Below the pieces are notes generated by a model. It did no database searches and was not told where the DNA came from. It saw nothing but the letters and a program-made list of their open reading frames with translations. Position numbers and translations under genes: made by a program. DNA of 64,000 nt from positions 768,001-832,000 of the forward strand of contig OY969807.1 of the NCBI GenBank assembly GCA_963703285.1. Direction: 5' to 3'. Of this stretch, positions 9,946 through 18,310 are shown piece by piece. The first letter of the stretch is position 1. Each line of letters starts with the position of its first letter. This DNA is from an uncultured Nitrososphaerota archaeon. Lineage in GTDB: Archaea > Thermoproteota > Nitrososphaeria > Nitrososphaerales > Gagatemarchaeaceae.

Positions 9946-10052
9946 TGGGCCGGCCCGGATTTGAACCGGGGACCCTGGCGGTCTTCTGCTTTCGCCGTGT
10001 GAGAGCTTGACGGATCCTCTCTGACGTCCAAACCAGGCTAGACGACCGGCCC
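9946..10052 (-). tRNA. tRNA-Val(CAC) with two 16-nt introns (10007-10022 at 28/29; 9975-9990 at 44/45)
   Basis: Acceptor GGGCCGG/CCGGCCC-A, D arm GTCT/GGAC, T arm CCCGG-TTCAAAT-CCGGG. Removing both introns gives TCGCT-CTCACAC-GGCGA-AGGTC, 75 nt. Confidence 0.92.
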
Positions 10053-10187
10053 TTGCCGAAAGCGACTTCCAAGCCGATTTAACGGTTGCTCTCATCCAGG
10101 GGGACGCTCGGTTGACCCGGAAGGGCCCGGCAGGAGTTGTTAACAAACACCCAACATCTTATATCGACCCTAGTATCTGGCGAGTTC

Positions 10188-10571
10188 GTGCCCATAGTCA
10201 GCCTTTCTTTCCCCGAGAGCATGATGGAGGAGATGGACCGGCTTCAACACGCTCTGGGATTCACGGGGCGTTCTGAACTCGTGAGGGCGAGCATCCGCCT
10301 TATGCTCCAGGACGTCAAGGAGAAGAGCGCCCTGACCGGAAGGGGGAGCGCGGTCATCGTCCTCACTCACACGGAGGAGAACGAGGAGCCGGTCACGCGA
10401 ATAAAGCACAGGTTCGACGACATCGTGAGGACGCACATTCACAACAAGATCACCAAGAACAATTGCGTCGAGTTGTTCGTCCTTGAGGGCAGCTCGCAGG
10501 AGGTAGCTTCGATGGCTAAGGAATTTCAGAAGGAAGAAGGTATCAGGAGCGTCAAGCTGATCTCGCTTTAG
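10188..10571 (+). CDS. NikR-like ribbon-helix-helix metal-responsive regulator
   Basis: IVSLSFPESM..GFTGRSELVRASI RHH; ACT-like domain with THIH...C. Confidence 0.85.
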   Translation: MPIVSLSFPESMMEEMDRLQHALGFTGRSELVRASIRLMLQDVKEKSALTGRGSAVIVLTHTEENEEPVTRIKHRFDDIVRTHIHNKITKNNCVELFVLEGSSQEVASMAKEFQKEEGIRSVKLISL

Positions 10572-10589
10572 TTCCCCGCATCGCCCCCG

Positions 10590-13289
10590 CTAGCTTTCGC
10601 CAGGGAGGATGCGCGACAGGACGTAGGGCAGCACCCCGCCACCGCGGTAGTAATCCATCTCCGTCCTATTGTCGATCCTCACCTTGGCCTTGAAACTGAT
10701 CTGGTGCGCGCCGCTCTCTGCGGTTACCTCGACGGACCCTCCGGGCGTCAGGCCCCCAAGGCCATGCACGGAGAAGAGCTCACTGCCGTTCAGTCCTAGG
10801 GAGCGCGCGGTCTCGCCCTGGGGGAACTCCAGCGGTAGCACACCCATAGCTACGAGGTTGCTTCGGTGGATCCTCTCGAAGCTCTCGGCGATAACCGCTC
10901 TCACCCCCAGTAGCTTTGGTGCCTTCGCCGCCCAGTCACGTGAGCTCCCGGACCCGTACTGCTTTCCCGCCAGGATGACCAGTGGCGTCCCTTCGCCGTA
11001 CTTCATCGCAACTTCGTATATCGACTCGACCTCGTCCGTCGGAAAGTATGTCGTGTACCCCCCTTCCCTCCCCTTGGCGAGGAGGTTGCGAAGCCTGATG
11101 TTGGCGAACCCGCCCCTCACCATGACCTCGTGGTTCCCCCTCCGCGCGCCGTAGGTGCTGAAGTGGACCATGTCAACGCCCTGCTCGAGGAGGTACTTCC
11201 CTGCCGGGCTGTCGAAGGCTATCGTCCCGGCCGGAGAGATGTGGTCCGTGGTGATTTTGTCGCCCAAAAGAGCCAGCACCCTCGCGCCGACGATGTCCTC
11301 GGTTTGCGATTTGGGGAAACTCTCGAACCAGGGAGGCTCCCTCACATACGTGGATGAAGGATCCCAGCTGAAGGTCTCGCCGGAGCCACCTGGGAGCGAG
11401 TCCCATGTCGAGTCGCCGCGCAAGGCATCTGCGTATCGTTTCCTATAGAGGTCGCCCTTGAGAGAGCCGGTAGCGACTTCCTTGATTTCCTGGAGCGTCG
11501 GCCAGAGGTCCCTGAGATACACCGGTTTGCCGTCTTGGTCCTGGCCCAGGGGGCTGTCGAAGTCGAAATCTATCCTCCCAGCGAGGGCGTATGCTACCAC
11601 GAGCATGGGGGACATCAGGAAGGAGCCCTTGGCGAGAGGGTGTATCCTGCCGTCGAAGTTACGGTTGCCGCTCAGGACAGCTACGGTGTACAGGTCCCTT
11701 TGCTTGATCGCAGATTCGACTTCAGGGTCGAGGGGCCCGCTGTTACCGATGCAGGACGTACACCCGTACCCAACGATGTTGAACCCGAGTTTGTCCAGGT
11801 ACGGAAGGAGTCCCGAGCCTTCGAGATAGTCCCTGACGACGGTCGAGCCAGGTGCCAGACTGCACTTGACGAAGGGTTTGGGCGAGAGACCCCTGAGCAC
11901 CGCATTCCTCGCTATCAAGCCGGCGCCTATCATCACCGTGGGGTTGGACGTGTTGGTGCAGCTAGTGATTGCCGCGATTATCACGGATCCGTCGTCCAGG
12001 CCCTGAGGCCCTTTCGCGGATCCGAGGCGAAGCACGGTCTGTCCGCTGGATGTGGCGGACGAGACCAGGGAGGGGCTTGGACCGGGGGTCCCCCTGCGCT
12101 CTTCGATCAGGGACCTCGCGAAGGAGGGGACCGTACTGAGGAGCCGTCTCTCCTCGGGGTTCCTAGGACCCGCTATGCAGGGCTCGATCTTCGAGAGGTC
12201 CACGACGACAACCTCGGAGTAGCTGGGTTCTGGGTCGCCTGGCTCGGCGAAGAGCCCCTGCCTCCTTGAGTACTCCTCGACGAACTTCACGTAGGCGGAG
12301 TCTCTGCCTGTGTCGGTCAGGTACCGCAGTGTGGCCGAATCGATGGGGGAGTAGCCGACGGTCGCCCCGTACTCCGGCGACATGTTCCCCAGGGTCGCCC
12401 TATCGGGGACGGAGAGATGCTGGTAGCCTTCTCCGAAGTATTCTACGAAGGCGTCGACAAGATTCCTCCCCCTGAGGACCTCCGTCACGGTGAGCACGAC
12501 ATCCGTCGGGGTCGACCCCTCGGGGAGCCTCCCCACAACTTTCACGCCGACGACCCTAGGTATAGGCATGTGGTAGGGCTCCCCGAGCATCACCGCCTCC
12601 GCCTCTATGCCTCCGACGCCCCATCCCAGGACGCCGAGCCCGTTCACCATCGTGGTGTGGGAGTCAGTCCCGACAAGGGTGTCTGGGATGGCCTCGAGCC
12701 GACCCCCCGTCTCCTTGAGCGCCGTGACGGTCGAGAGATACTCGAGGTTGACCTGGTGGCATATTCCCTTCCCCGGAGGGAAGACCCTGAGGTTCTTGAA
12801 CGAGTGCTGCGCCCACTTGAGGAGCGAGTATCGTTCGGAGTTCCTTTCGTACTCCCTCGAGACGTTGAAGTCGAGCGCCAGGTCGGTGCTCCAACCGTCC
12901 ACCTGGACGGAGTGGTCTATGATCAGGTCCATCGGGACGACGGAGTTGATGGTGCTGGGGTCGCCGCCTCTCCTCTTCACCTCGTCTCGCATCGCAGCTA
13001 GGTCGACGATGAGCGGAACGCCGGTGTAGTCCTGGAGGAGCACGCGGTGGGGCATGAAGGGGAGCACCGAGTTGACGCTTCTGGGCCACTCGAGGAGGGC
13101 GCGCGCCGCCTCACCGGCCCCGTCTATCTTGCCCGTATGCCGGGTCGCATTCTCGAGGAGGATACGTATGGAATAGGGCATCGCCTCGAGGCCCTGACCT
13201 GCGGCGAGCTTCAGGTCGAACATCCTGGCCTTCCCTCTTGGAGACTCGATTGAACCAGCCACCGAGCCAGGATCCATACCTGCCTGCAT
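10590..13289 (-). CDS. acnA: Aconitate hydratase A
   Basis: LQDYTGVP, IDHSVQVD, GICHQVNLE, AAITSCTNTSNP, GYGCTSCIGNSG, YGSGSSRDWAAK. Confidence 0.97.
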   Translation of the reverse strand: MQAGMDPGSVAGSIESPRGKARMFDLKLAAGQGLEAMPYSIRILLENATRHTGKIDGAGEAARALLEWPRSVNSVLPFMPHRVLLQDYTGVPLIVDLAAMRDEVKRRGGDPSTINSVVPMDLIIDHSVQVDGWSTDLALDFNVSREYERNSERYSLLKWAQHSFKNLRVFPPGKGICHQVNLEYLSTVTALKETGGRLEAIPDTLVGTDSHTTMVNGLGVLGWGVGGIEAEAVMLGEPYHMPIPRVVGVKVVGRLPEGSTPTDVVLTVTEVLRGRNLVDAFVEYFGEGYQHLSVPDRATLGNMSPEYGATVGYSPIDSATLRYLTDTGRDSAYVKFVEEYSRRQGLFAEPGDPEPSYSEVVVVDLSKIEPCIAGPRNPEERRLLSTVPSFARSLIEERRGTPGPSPSLVSSATSSGQTVLRLGSAKGPQGLDDGSVIIAAITSCTNTSNPTVMIGAGLIARNAVLRGLSPKPFVKCSLAPGSTVVRDYLEGSGLLPYLDKLGFNIVGYGCTSCIGNSGPLDPEVESAIKQRDLYTVAVLSGNRNFDGRIHPLAKGSFLMSPMLVVAYALAGRIDFDFDSPLGQDQDGKPVYLRDLWPTLQEIKEVATGSLKGDLYRKRYADALRGDSTWDSLPGGSGETFSWDPSSTYVREPPWFESFPKSQTEDIVGARVLALLGDKITTDHISPAGTIAFDSPAGKYLLEQGVDMVHFSTYGARRGNHEVMVRGGFANIRLRNLLAKGREGGYTTYFPTDEVESIYEVAMKYGEGTPLVILAGKQYGSGSSRDWAAKAPKLLGVRAVIAESFERIHRSNLVAMGVLPLEFPQGETARSLGLNGSELFSVHGLGGLTPGGSVEVTAESGAHQISFKAKVRIDNRTEMDYYRGGGVLPYVLSRILPGES

Positions 13290-13376
13290 GAGCCCGAGGA
13301 ACCAGGGGAGGTATTTATCCCAACGGCCCCGGGGTCGCTTCTAACACTTTTATCCCGTCGAGAATCGCGCGGAGGC

Positions 13377-13685
13377 ATGTCAGGGGACTGGGAGGTCCGA
13401 GGGCTGTTCGGAAACGAGTACGCGCTGGAGACGGCCGTGGACGAGCTGAAGAAGCTCGACACGGTCCCGGACTACAAGGTTCTCGACAGGAGGAACCTTC
13501 AGGTCGTGGTCTCCAAGAGCGATACCAAGACGAGGAACCTTGTGAGGAACGTCATAACGATAGCCCACGGGTACGTGGAAGCGGACGCCCCGCTGGGAGA
13601 GTACGACGCCAAGAAGGCGGAGGCAAAGCAGAAGAAGCTCAAGGAGTACGAGGAGAAGAGAAAGGCCGCCCAGAGGTCCCACTGA
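13377..13685 (+). CDS. Hypothetical protein
   Basis: GGAGG upstream of ATG; 102 aa with charged helical tail. Confidence 0.7.
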   Translation: MSGDWEVRGLFGNEYALETAVDELKKLDTVPDYKVLDRRNLQVVVSKSDTKTRNLVRNVITIAHGYVEADAPLGEYDAKKAEAKQKKLKEYEEKRKAAQRSH

Positions 13686-13811
13686 GCGGTGCTATCGATC
13701 GTTTCAGAATAGTTCAATCGAACTCAGGCGGGAAGGAGTCCCGACCCACCCATCTGGTGCGCCGTCCGCATTTGCGAGCTCGCTCGAGACCCAAGGCGAC
13801 GCCATTCAGGA

Positions 13812-14999
13812 CTACGATGGAACGGCGAGCCCGAGCGCGTGGGTGACGTCTTCCACAAGGTCGAGCGGGTCCTCTATCCCAACCGAGAGTCTGATGAGGT
13901 CGTCGGTGATCCCCATGGCCACCCGCTCGCTCTTCGGGAGGGAGGAGTGGGTCATCCTGGCGGGGTGTTCTGCGAGAGACTCCACACCACCGAGGCTCTC
14001 GGCAAGCGTGAAGAGCCGCAGCGACTCGAGGAAGCGGCTGGCGGCCCTAAATCCGCCCCTTATCCTGAAGGAGAGCATCCCGCCGCCCAGCGACATCTGC
14101 CTTCTCGCGAGCCGGTACGTGGGGGAGGAGCGAAGGAAAGGGTAGTAGACGCCCAGGGTCCGACCACTCTCCTCGAGCGCCTCCGCGACCGCCAGGGCGT
14201 TCTTGGAGTGCTGCTCCATCCGGAGGTGGAGAGTCCTCAACCCCCTCAGGGCGAGGTAGCAGTCGAAGGGGCTGGGGACGGCACCAATCGCATTCTGCAG
14301 GAACTTCAGCCGCTCGTAGAGCTCCTCGTCGGAGACGGCCAGAGCGCCCCCGATCATGTCGCTGTGCCCCGATATGTACTTGGTCGTGCTATGGAGCGAG
14401 ATTGTTGCCCCCAGCTTCAGCGGGTTCTGTATGTACGGAGATGCGAATGTGTTGTCCACCGCAAGTATCAGCCCCCTCTCGCGGGCGACCTTCGCTATCG
14501 AACGCATGTCCAGTACCAGCATGAGGGGGTTCGTCGGAGATTCAAGCCAGACCATCCGTGTGTTCGATCTGGCTTTGATCCGCACGTTGTCCGGAACGCG
14601 GGCGTCGACCCTGCTGAAGGTGACGCCGTAGTTGGAGAAGACCTTGTTGAAGAGCCGGAAGGTTCCGCCGTAAACGTCGTTGCAGATAAGTACGTGGTCA
14701 CCCTTCTTCAGCAGCGAGCCGACTGTGTTTATGGCGGCCATGCCGGAGGAGAACGCGAGACCGTGCTTGGCGTGCTCGATCTCGGCCACGGCTTTCTCGA
14801 GCCTTTCCCGGGTGGGGTTCCCGGTGCGGGAGTACTCATACCCCCTCTGTTTGCCAACTCCGTCCTGAGCGAAGGTGGATGCCGTGAATATCGGTGGGGC
14901 AACCGCCCCGGTCTCCCGGTCGGGCTCGTTCCCGGCGCGGACGACCCTCGTCGCAGAGCGCATGGGCAGGGTGCGAACCGGGCGACGTTTAAGCGTCAA
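13812..14999 (-). CDS. Cystathionine gamma-lyase/synthase family PLP enzyme
   Basis: YEYSRTGNPT, FSSGMAA, ESPTNP, DNTFASP, HSTTKYISGHSD, AESLGGVES. Confidence 0.93.
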   Translation of the reverse strand: MTLKRRPVRTLPMRSATRVVRAGNEPDRETGAVAPPIFTASTFAQDGVGKQRGYEYSRTGNPTRERLEKAVAEIEHAKHGLAFSSGMAAINTVGSLLKKGDHVLICNDVYGGTFRLFNKVFSNYGVTFSRVDARVPDNVRIKARSNTRMVWLESPTNPLMLVLDMRSIAKVARERGLILAVDNTFASPYIQNPLKLGATISLHSTTKYISGHSDMIGGALAVSDEELYERLKFLQNAIGAVPSPFDCYLALRGLRTLHLRMEQHSKNALAVAEALEESGRTLGVYYPFLRSSPTYRLARRQMSLGGGMLSFRIRGGFRAASRFLESLRLFTLAESLGGVESLAEHPARMTHSSLPKSERVAMGITDDLIRLSVGIEDPLDLVEDVTHALGLAVPS

Positions 15000-15979
15000 T
15001 GCGTGTCCAGGCCCCTTGATTTCAGCCAGTCGTCGTTGTAGAACTTGCTGACGTATCCCCTGCCCGTGTCGGGGAGGATGACGACAATCGTGCCCAGGGT
15101 CCTGTTCTGTTCCGAGAACCTTATGGCGCCGGCTACGGCAGCGCCCGAAGAGCCTCCGGCGAATATCCCCTCCTCCAGGGCGAGCCTCCGAGTCATGCGA
15201 GACGTCTCCTCATCGGAAATCTGGATGATCTCGTCGACGACGGTCCCGTCGTAGGCCCGGGGTACGAAGTCCTCGCCTATCCCCTCCACAAGATATGGGT
15301 GGATTGGCAGGCTCGTCCCATACTTGACGTTGTGATAGATCGAACCCTCCGGTTCAATCCCCACGACCTTCAGGCCGTTCTTCCTTTCCTTCAGAAACCG
15401 GCCCGCCCCCGAGATTGTGCCTCCCGTCCCGATGCAGGCGACGAATGCGTCTATCTTGCCCTCCGTCTGTTCCCAGATCTCCGGGCCGGTCGTGGCGTAG
15501 TGGGCCTCGGGGTTACCAGGGTTGGAGTACTGGTCGGGCATGTACGACCCCTCCACCTCTTTGCACAGGCGGCGCGCGACGTTGATGTAATGCTCCGGAG
15601 AGTCGTGGGGGACCTCGGTGGGGGCTATTATCACCTTGGCCCCGAGGGCGCGTAGAATCGACCGCTTCTCTTCGCTGACCTTGTCGGGCATCGTGAAGAT
15701 CGTCTTGTACCCCCTAATGGCAGCAAGCATCGCGAGCGCAAACCCGGTGTTCCCCGAGGTTGGCTCGATGATCGTGCCGCCCTTCTTGAGGACGCCCCTC
15801 GCCTCGGCGTCTTTGACCACGAAAGGAGCAATACGGTCTTTGACCGAACCCCCGGGGTTCATGAACTCGAGTTTCGCTAAGAGGACCGGTTCTTGGTCCT
15901 TGGTCATCCTCCCGAGCCGGACCATCGGCGTGTGGCCAATCACCCCTATGATGTCCTCGGCAGGTCTCCGTTCATCCAT
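14996..15979 (-). CDS. Cystathionine beta-synthase / cysteine synthase family
   Basis: KLEFMNPGGSVKDR, EPTSGNTG, GTGGT, EGIGEDF, PDTGRGYVSK; paired with CGL. Confidence 0.92.
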   Translation of the reverse strand: MDERRPAEDIIGVIGHTPMVRLGRMTKDQEPVLLAKLEFMNPGGSVKDRIAPFVVKDAEARGVLKKGGTIIEPTSGNTGFALAMLAAIRGYKTIFTMPDKVSEEKRSILRALGAKVIIAPTEVPHDSPEHYINVARRLCKEVEGSYMPDQYSNPGNPEAHYATTGPEIWEQTEGKIDAFVACIGTGGTISGAGRFLKERKNGLKVVGIEPEGSIYHNVKYGTSLPIHPYLVEGIGEDFVPRAYDGTVVDEIIQISDEETSRMTRRLALEEGIFAGGSSGAAVAGAIRFSEQNRTLGTIVVILPDTGRGYVSKFYNDDWLKSRGLDTH

Positions 15980-16088
15980 CTAGCCAGATTCTCCGCGCCG
16001 GTCTTCTATTAACGGTTCGTTCGTCGGCAGGAAGTGAAAAGGCCCGAGACGATTTATAAGCACGCCGCGGCGCGCTCTTTGCAGTAGA

Positions 16089-17018
16089 TTGGCCACCATA
16101 GAAGTCTCGTCGCTGAAGAAGGCCTATGGCGACCTGCAGGCGGTCGACTCGATTTCGTTTACCGTGAACGAAGGGGAGGTCTTCTCGCTGCTCGGCCCGA
16201 ACGGGGCGGGGAAGACCACGACCATCGAGATTCTCGAGGGTCTCAGGGAGAGGGACGGGGGGGATGTCAAGGTGCTCGGTCTCGACCCCTGGAAGAACGG
16301 CGATGCTCTCCACAAGCGGATAGGCGTCATCCCTCAAGGATTCACGTTCCTCCCCTACATCACCCCCAGGGAGGCGGTGAAGTACTACGCCGCCCTCTTT
16401 GACGTCAAGGTCGATGCCGACGAGATACTTCGAAGGGTAATCCTTCAGGATTCTGCCTCGAGCTACTTCATGAGGCTGTCGGGCGGCCAGAAGCAGAAGA
16501 TGGGCCTGGCCCTCTCGCTCGTGAACCGACCAGACCTCGTCTTCCTTGACGAGCCCACCACGGGGCTGGATCCCCAGGCGCGCAGGGCCGTCTGGGACGT
16601 GATAAGGAACCTGCAGCACGAGGGAATCAGCGTGCTCCTCACGACGCACTACCTCGAGGAGGCGGAGGAGCTCGCAGACAAGGTCGCCATAATGAACAAG
16701 GGGAGGATAATCACCGCAGGCACCCCAGCCGAGATCATCCTGGAGCACGGGTCCGGGGAGAAGGTCAAGGTCCGGGGGGACCAGAGGCTTGCGGATTACC
16801 TCAGGCAGAACACGGGCCTCGAAGTTTCGTACTCCGAAGGCGAAGTGACAGTCAGGCTGAAGAAGAAAGAGGACGCGCTCCTGGTGCTCGAGACGATAGA
16901 GAAGTCGGGGCAGAGCTGGAGCGATTTAACCGTACGAAACGACAGCCTCGAAGACGTCTTCGTGAAGCTGGTCGGCTCGAAGATCACAGACGAGGGGCAG
17001 GAGGTTGCGGTGAACTAG
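16089..17018 (+). CDS. ABC transporter ATP-binding protein (ABC-2 exporter)
   Basis: GPNGAGKTT, LSGGQKQ, LDEPTTGLD, TTHY. Confidence 0.95.
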   Translation: MATIEVSSLKKAYGDLQAVDSISFTVNEGEVFSLLGPNGAGKTTTIEILEGLRERDGGDVKVLGLDPWKNGDALHKRIGVIPQGFTFLPYITPREAVKYYAALFDVKVDADEILRRVILQDSASSYFMRLSGGQKQKMGLALSLVNRPDLVFLDEPTTGLDPQARRAVWDVIRNLQHEGISVLLTTHYLEEAEELADKVAIMNKGRIITAGTPAEIILEHGSGEKVKVRGDQRLADYLRQNTGLEVSYSEGEVTVRLKKKEDALLVLETIEKSGQSWSDLTVRNDSLEDVFVKLVGSKITDEGQEVAVN

Positions 17019-18110
17019 ATGGGTGCCGCTGATAGGGTCAGGGCCGACCTGATCAATTTCGCGCGCAGCTACACCAGGAGCAGGATCGGCCTCTTCTTCG
17101 GACTCGCGTTCCCCGTGATCCTGATCCTTCTGTTCGGTGCCATCTTCGCAGGGAGCGGTTCGGTCCCGGTCGTCTACGCGCAGAATCAGGACGCTGGACC
17201 CGTAGGGGCCGCGTTCCTGCAGACCCTGAACCAGACGGGGAGCCTGCAGATAACGCTCGTCCCGACCTCACAGAACTTCTCGCAGTACCTCCTCTCGCAC
17301 TCGTCGTCTGACGGGATAATCGTCCCTCAGGACTTCACGGCGGACTACGGAGCAGGTCAGCCGGTCAAAGTCACGGAGTACTGGAACCCGTCGAGCTCCA
17401 CCAGCCAGGTCGTGTTCGGCGTGGTGAGCGGGGTCGTCAACGAATTCAACCTCCAGAGGGTCAACGGGACGGCCGTGCTTGGGGTCGCGAGGACCACCGT
17501 CAAGTCGAAGTCTTACACGTACATCGACTTCCTGATTCCGGGGATGATAGGCTTCGCCATCCTGGTCAGCCCCATGTTCGCCCTGGTGAACATCAGCTCC
17601 CAGTACAAGCGGGACAAGATATTCAAGCAGCTCTCTCTCACGCCCCTGACGAAGACCGACTGGCTGCTGTCGAAGATAGGGTTCTACATCATCATGACAA
17701 TCGTCTCCTTCTTCCTCATGACGGGGGTTGGGATCTACGCATTCGGAGCCAGCATCGCGTTCTCGCTCTGGATCCTGCCGTTCCTCCTGCTCGGTCCCTT
17801 CCTCTTCGTCTCGCTCGGGATGCTGGTGGGCACCGTGTCCACGAGCGTCGAGTCCGCCGCCGTAGTGGGGAACCTCATTACATTCCCGATGATGTTCCTC
17901 TCCGGCACGTTCTTCCCAACCAGCGGTTTCCCGCCCTACCTGCAGGACGTGGCCCACGTGCTTCCATTGTTCTACGTGATACAGGGGTTGAACAACGTCA
18001 TGATATACGGGAACACCTCGGCGGCCATCACCGACATAGCCGTCTTGATTGTGACGTCGGTGGTCATATTCGTCCTCGCGGTCCGCTTCTTCAAGTGGCG
18101 CGAGGACTAG
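17019..18110 (+). CDS. ABC-2 type permease
   Basis: Six TMs, YIDFLIPG, MFLSGTFFP. Confidence 0.93.
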   Translation: MGAADRVRADLINFARSYTRSRIGLFFGLAFPVILILLFGAIFAGSGSVPVVYAQNQDAGPVGAAFLQTLNQTGSLQITLVPTSQNFSQYLLSHSSSDGIIVPQDFTADYGAGQPVKVTEYWNPSSSTSQVVFGVVSGVVNEFNLQRVNGTAVLGVARTTVKSKSYTYIDFLIPGMIGFAILVSPMFALVNISSQYKRDKIFKQLSLTPLTKTDWLLSKIGFYIIMTIVSFFLMTGVGIYAFGASIAFSLWILPFLLLGPFLFVSLGMLVGTVSTSVESAAVVGNLITFPMMFLSGTFFPTSGFPPYLQDVAHVLPLFYVIQGLNNVMIYGNTSAAITDIAVLIVTSVVIFVLAVRFFKWRED

Positions 18111-18179
18111 GTTCGCCCCAAGCTGCCCGCAGCGTCCAGAAAACCATTATAGCGAAACGAGTCGGGTTGGGACGAGCGA

Positions 18180-18264
18180 GCGGGGGTCGCCCAGCCTGGC
18201 CAACGGCGCGGGGCTTAGGACCCCGTCCCTTAGGGGTTCGTGGGTTCGAATCCCACCCCCCGCA
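18180..18264 (+). tRNA. tRNA-Leu(TAG)
   Basis: GCGGGGG/CCCCCGC-A acceptor; CGGGG-CT-TAG-GA-CCCCG; long variable arm; GTGGG-TTCGAAT-CCCAC. Confidence 0.97.
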
Positions 18265-18310
18265 CTCTCTCACTGGCGAAATGGGCCAAGGACGCCGAAA
18301 GACAGCCGCG

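Noticed and set aside
18180-18264. tRNA with TAG anticodon as an amber suppressor explaining TAG 8724
   Set aside because: Anticodon UAG reads CUA (Leu); a suppressor needs anticodon CUA. No pyl genes in the window.
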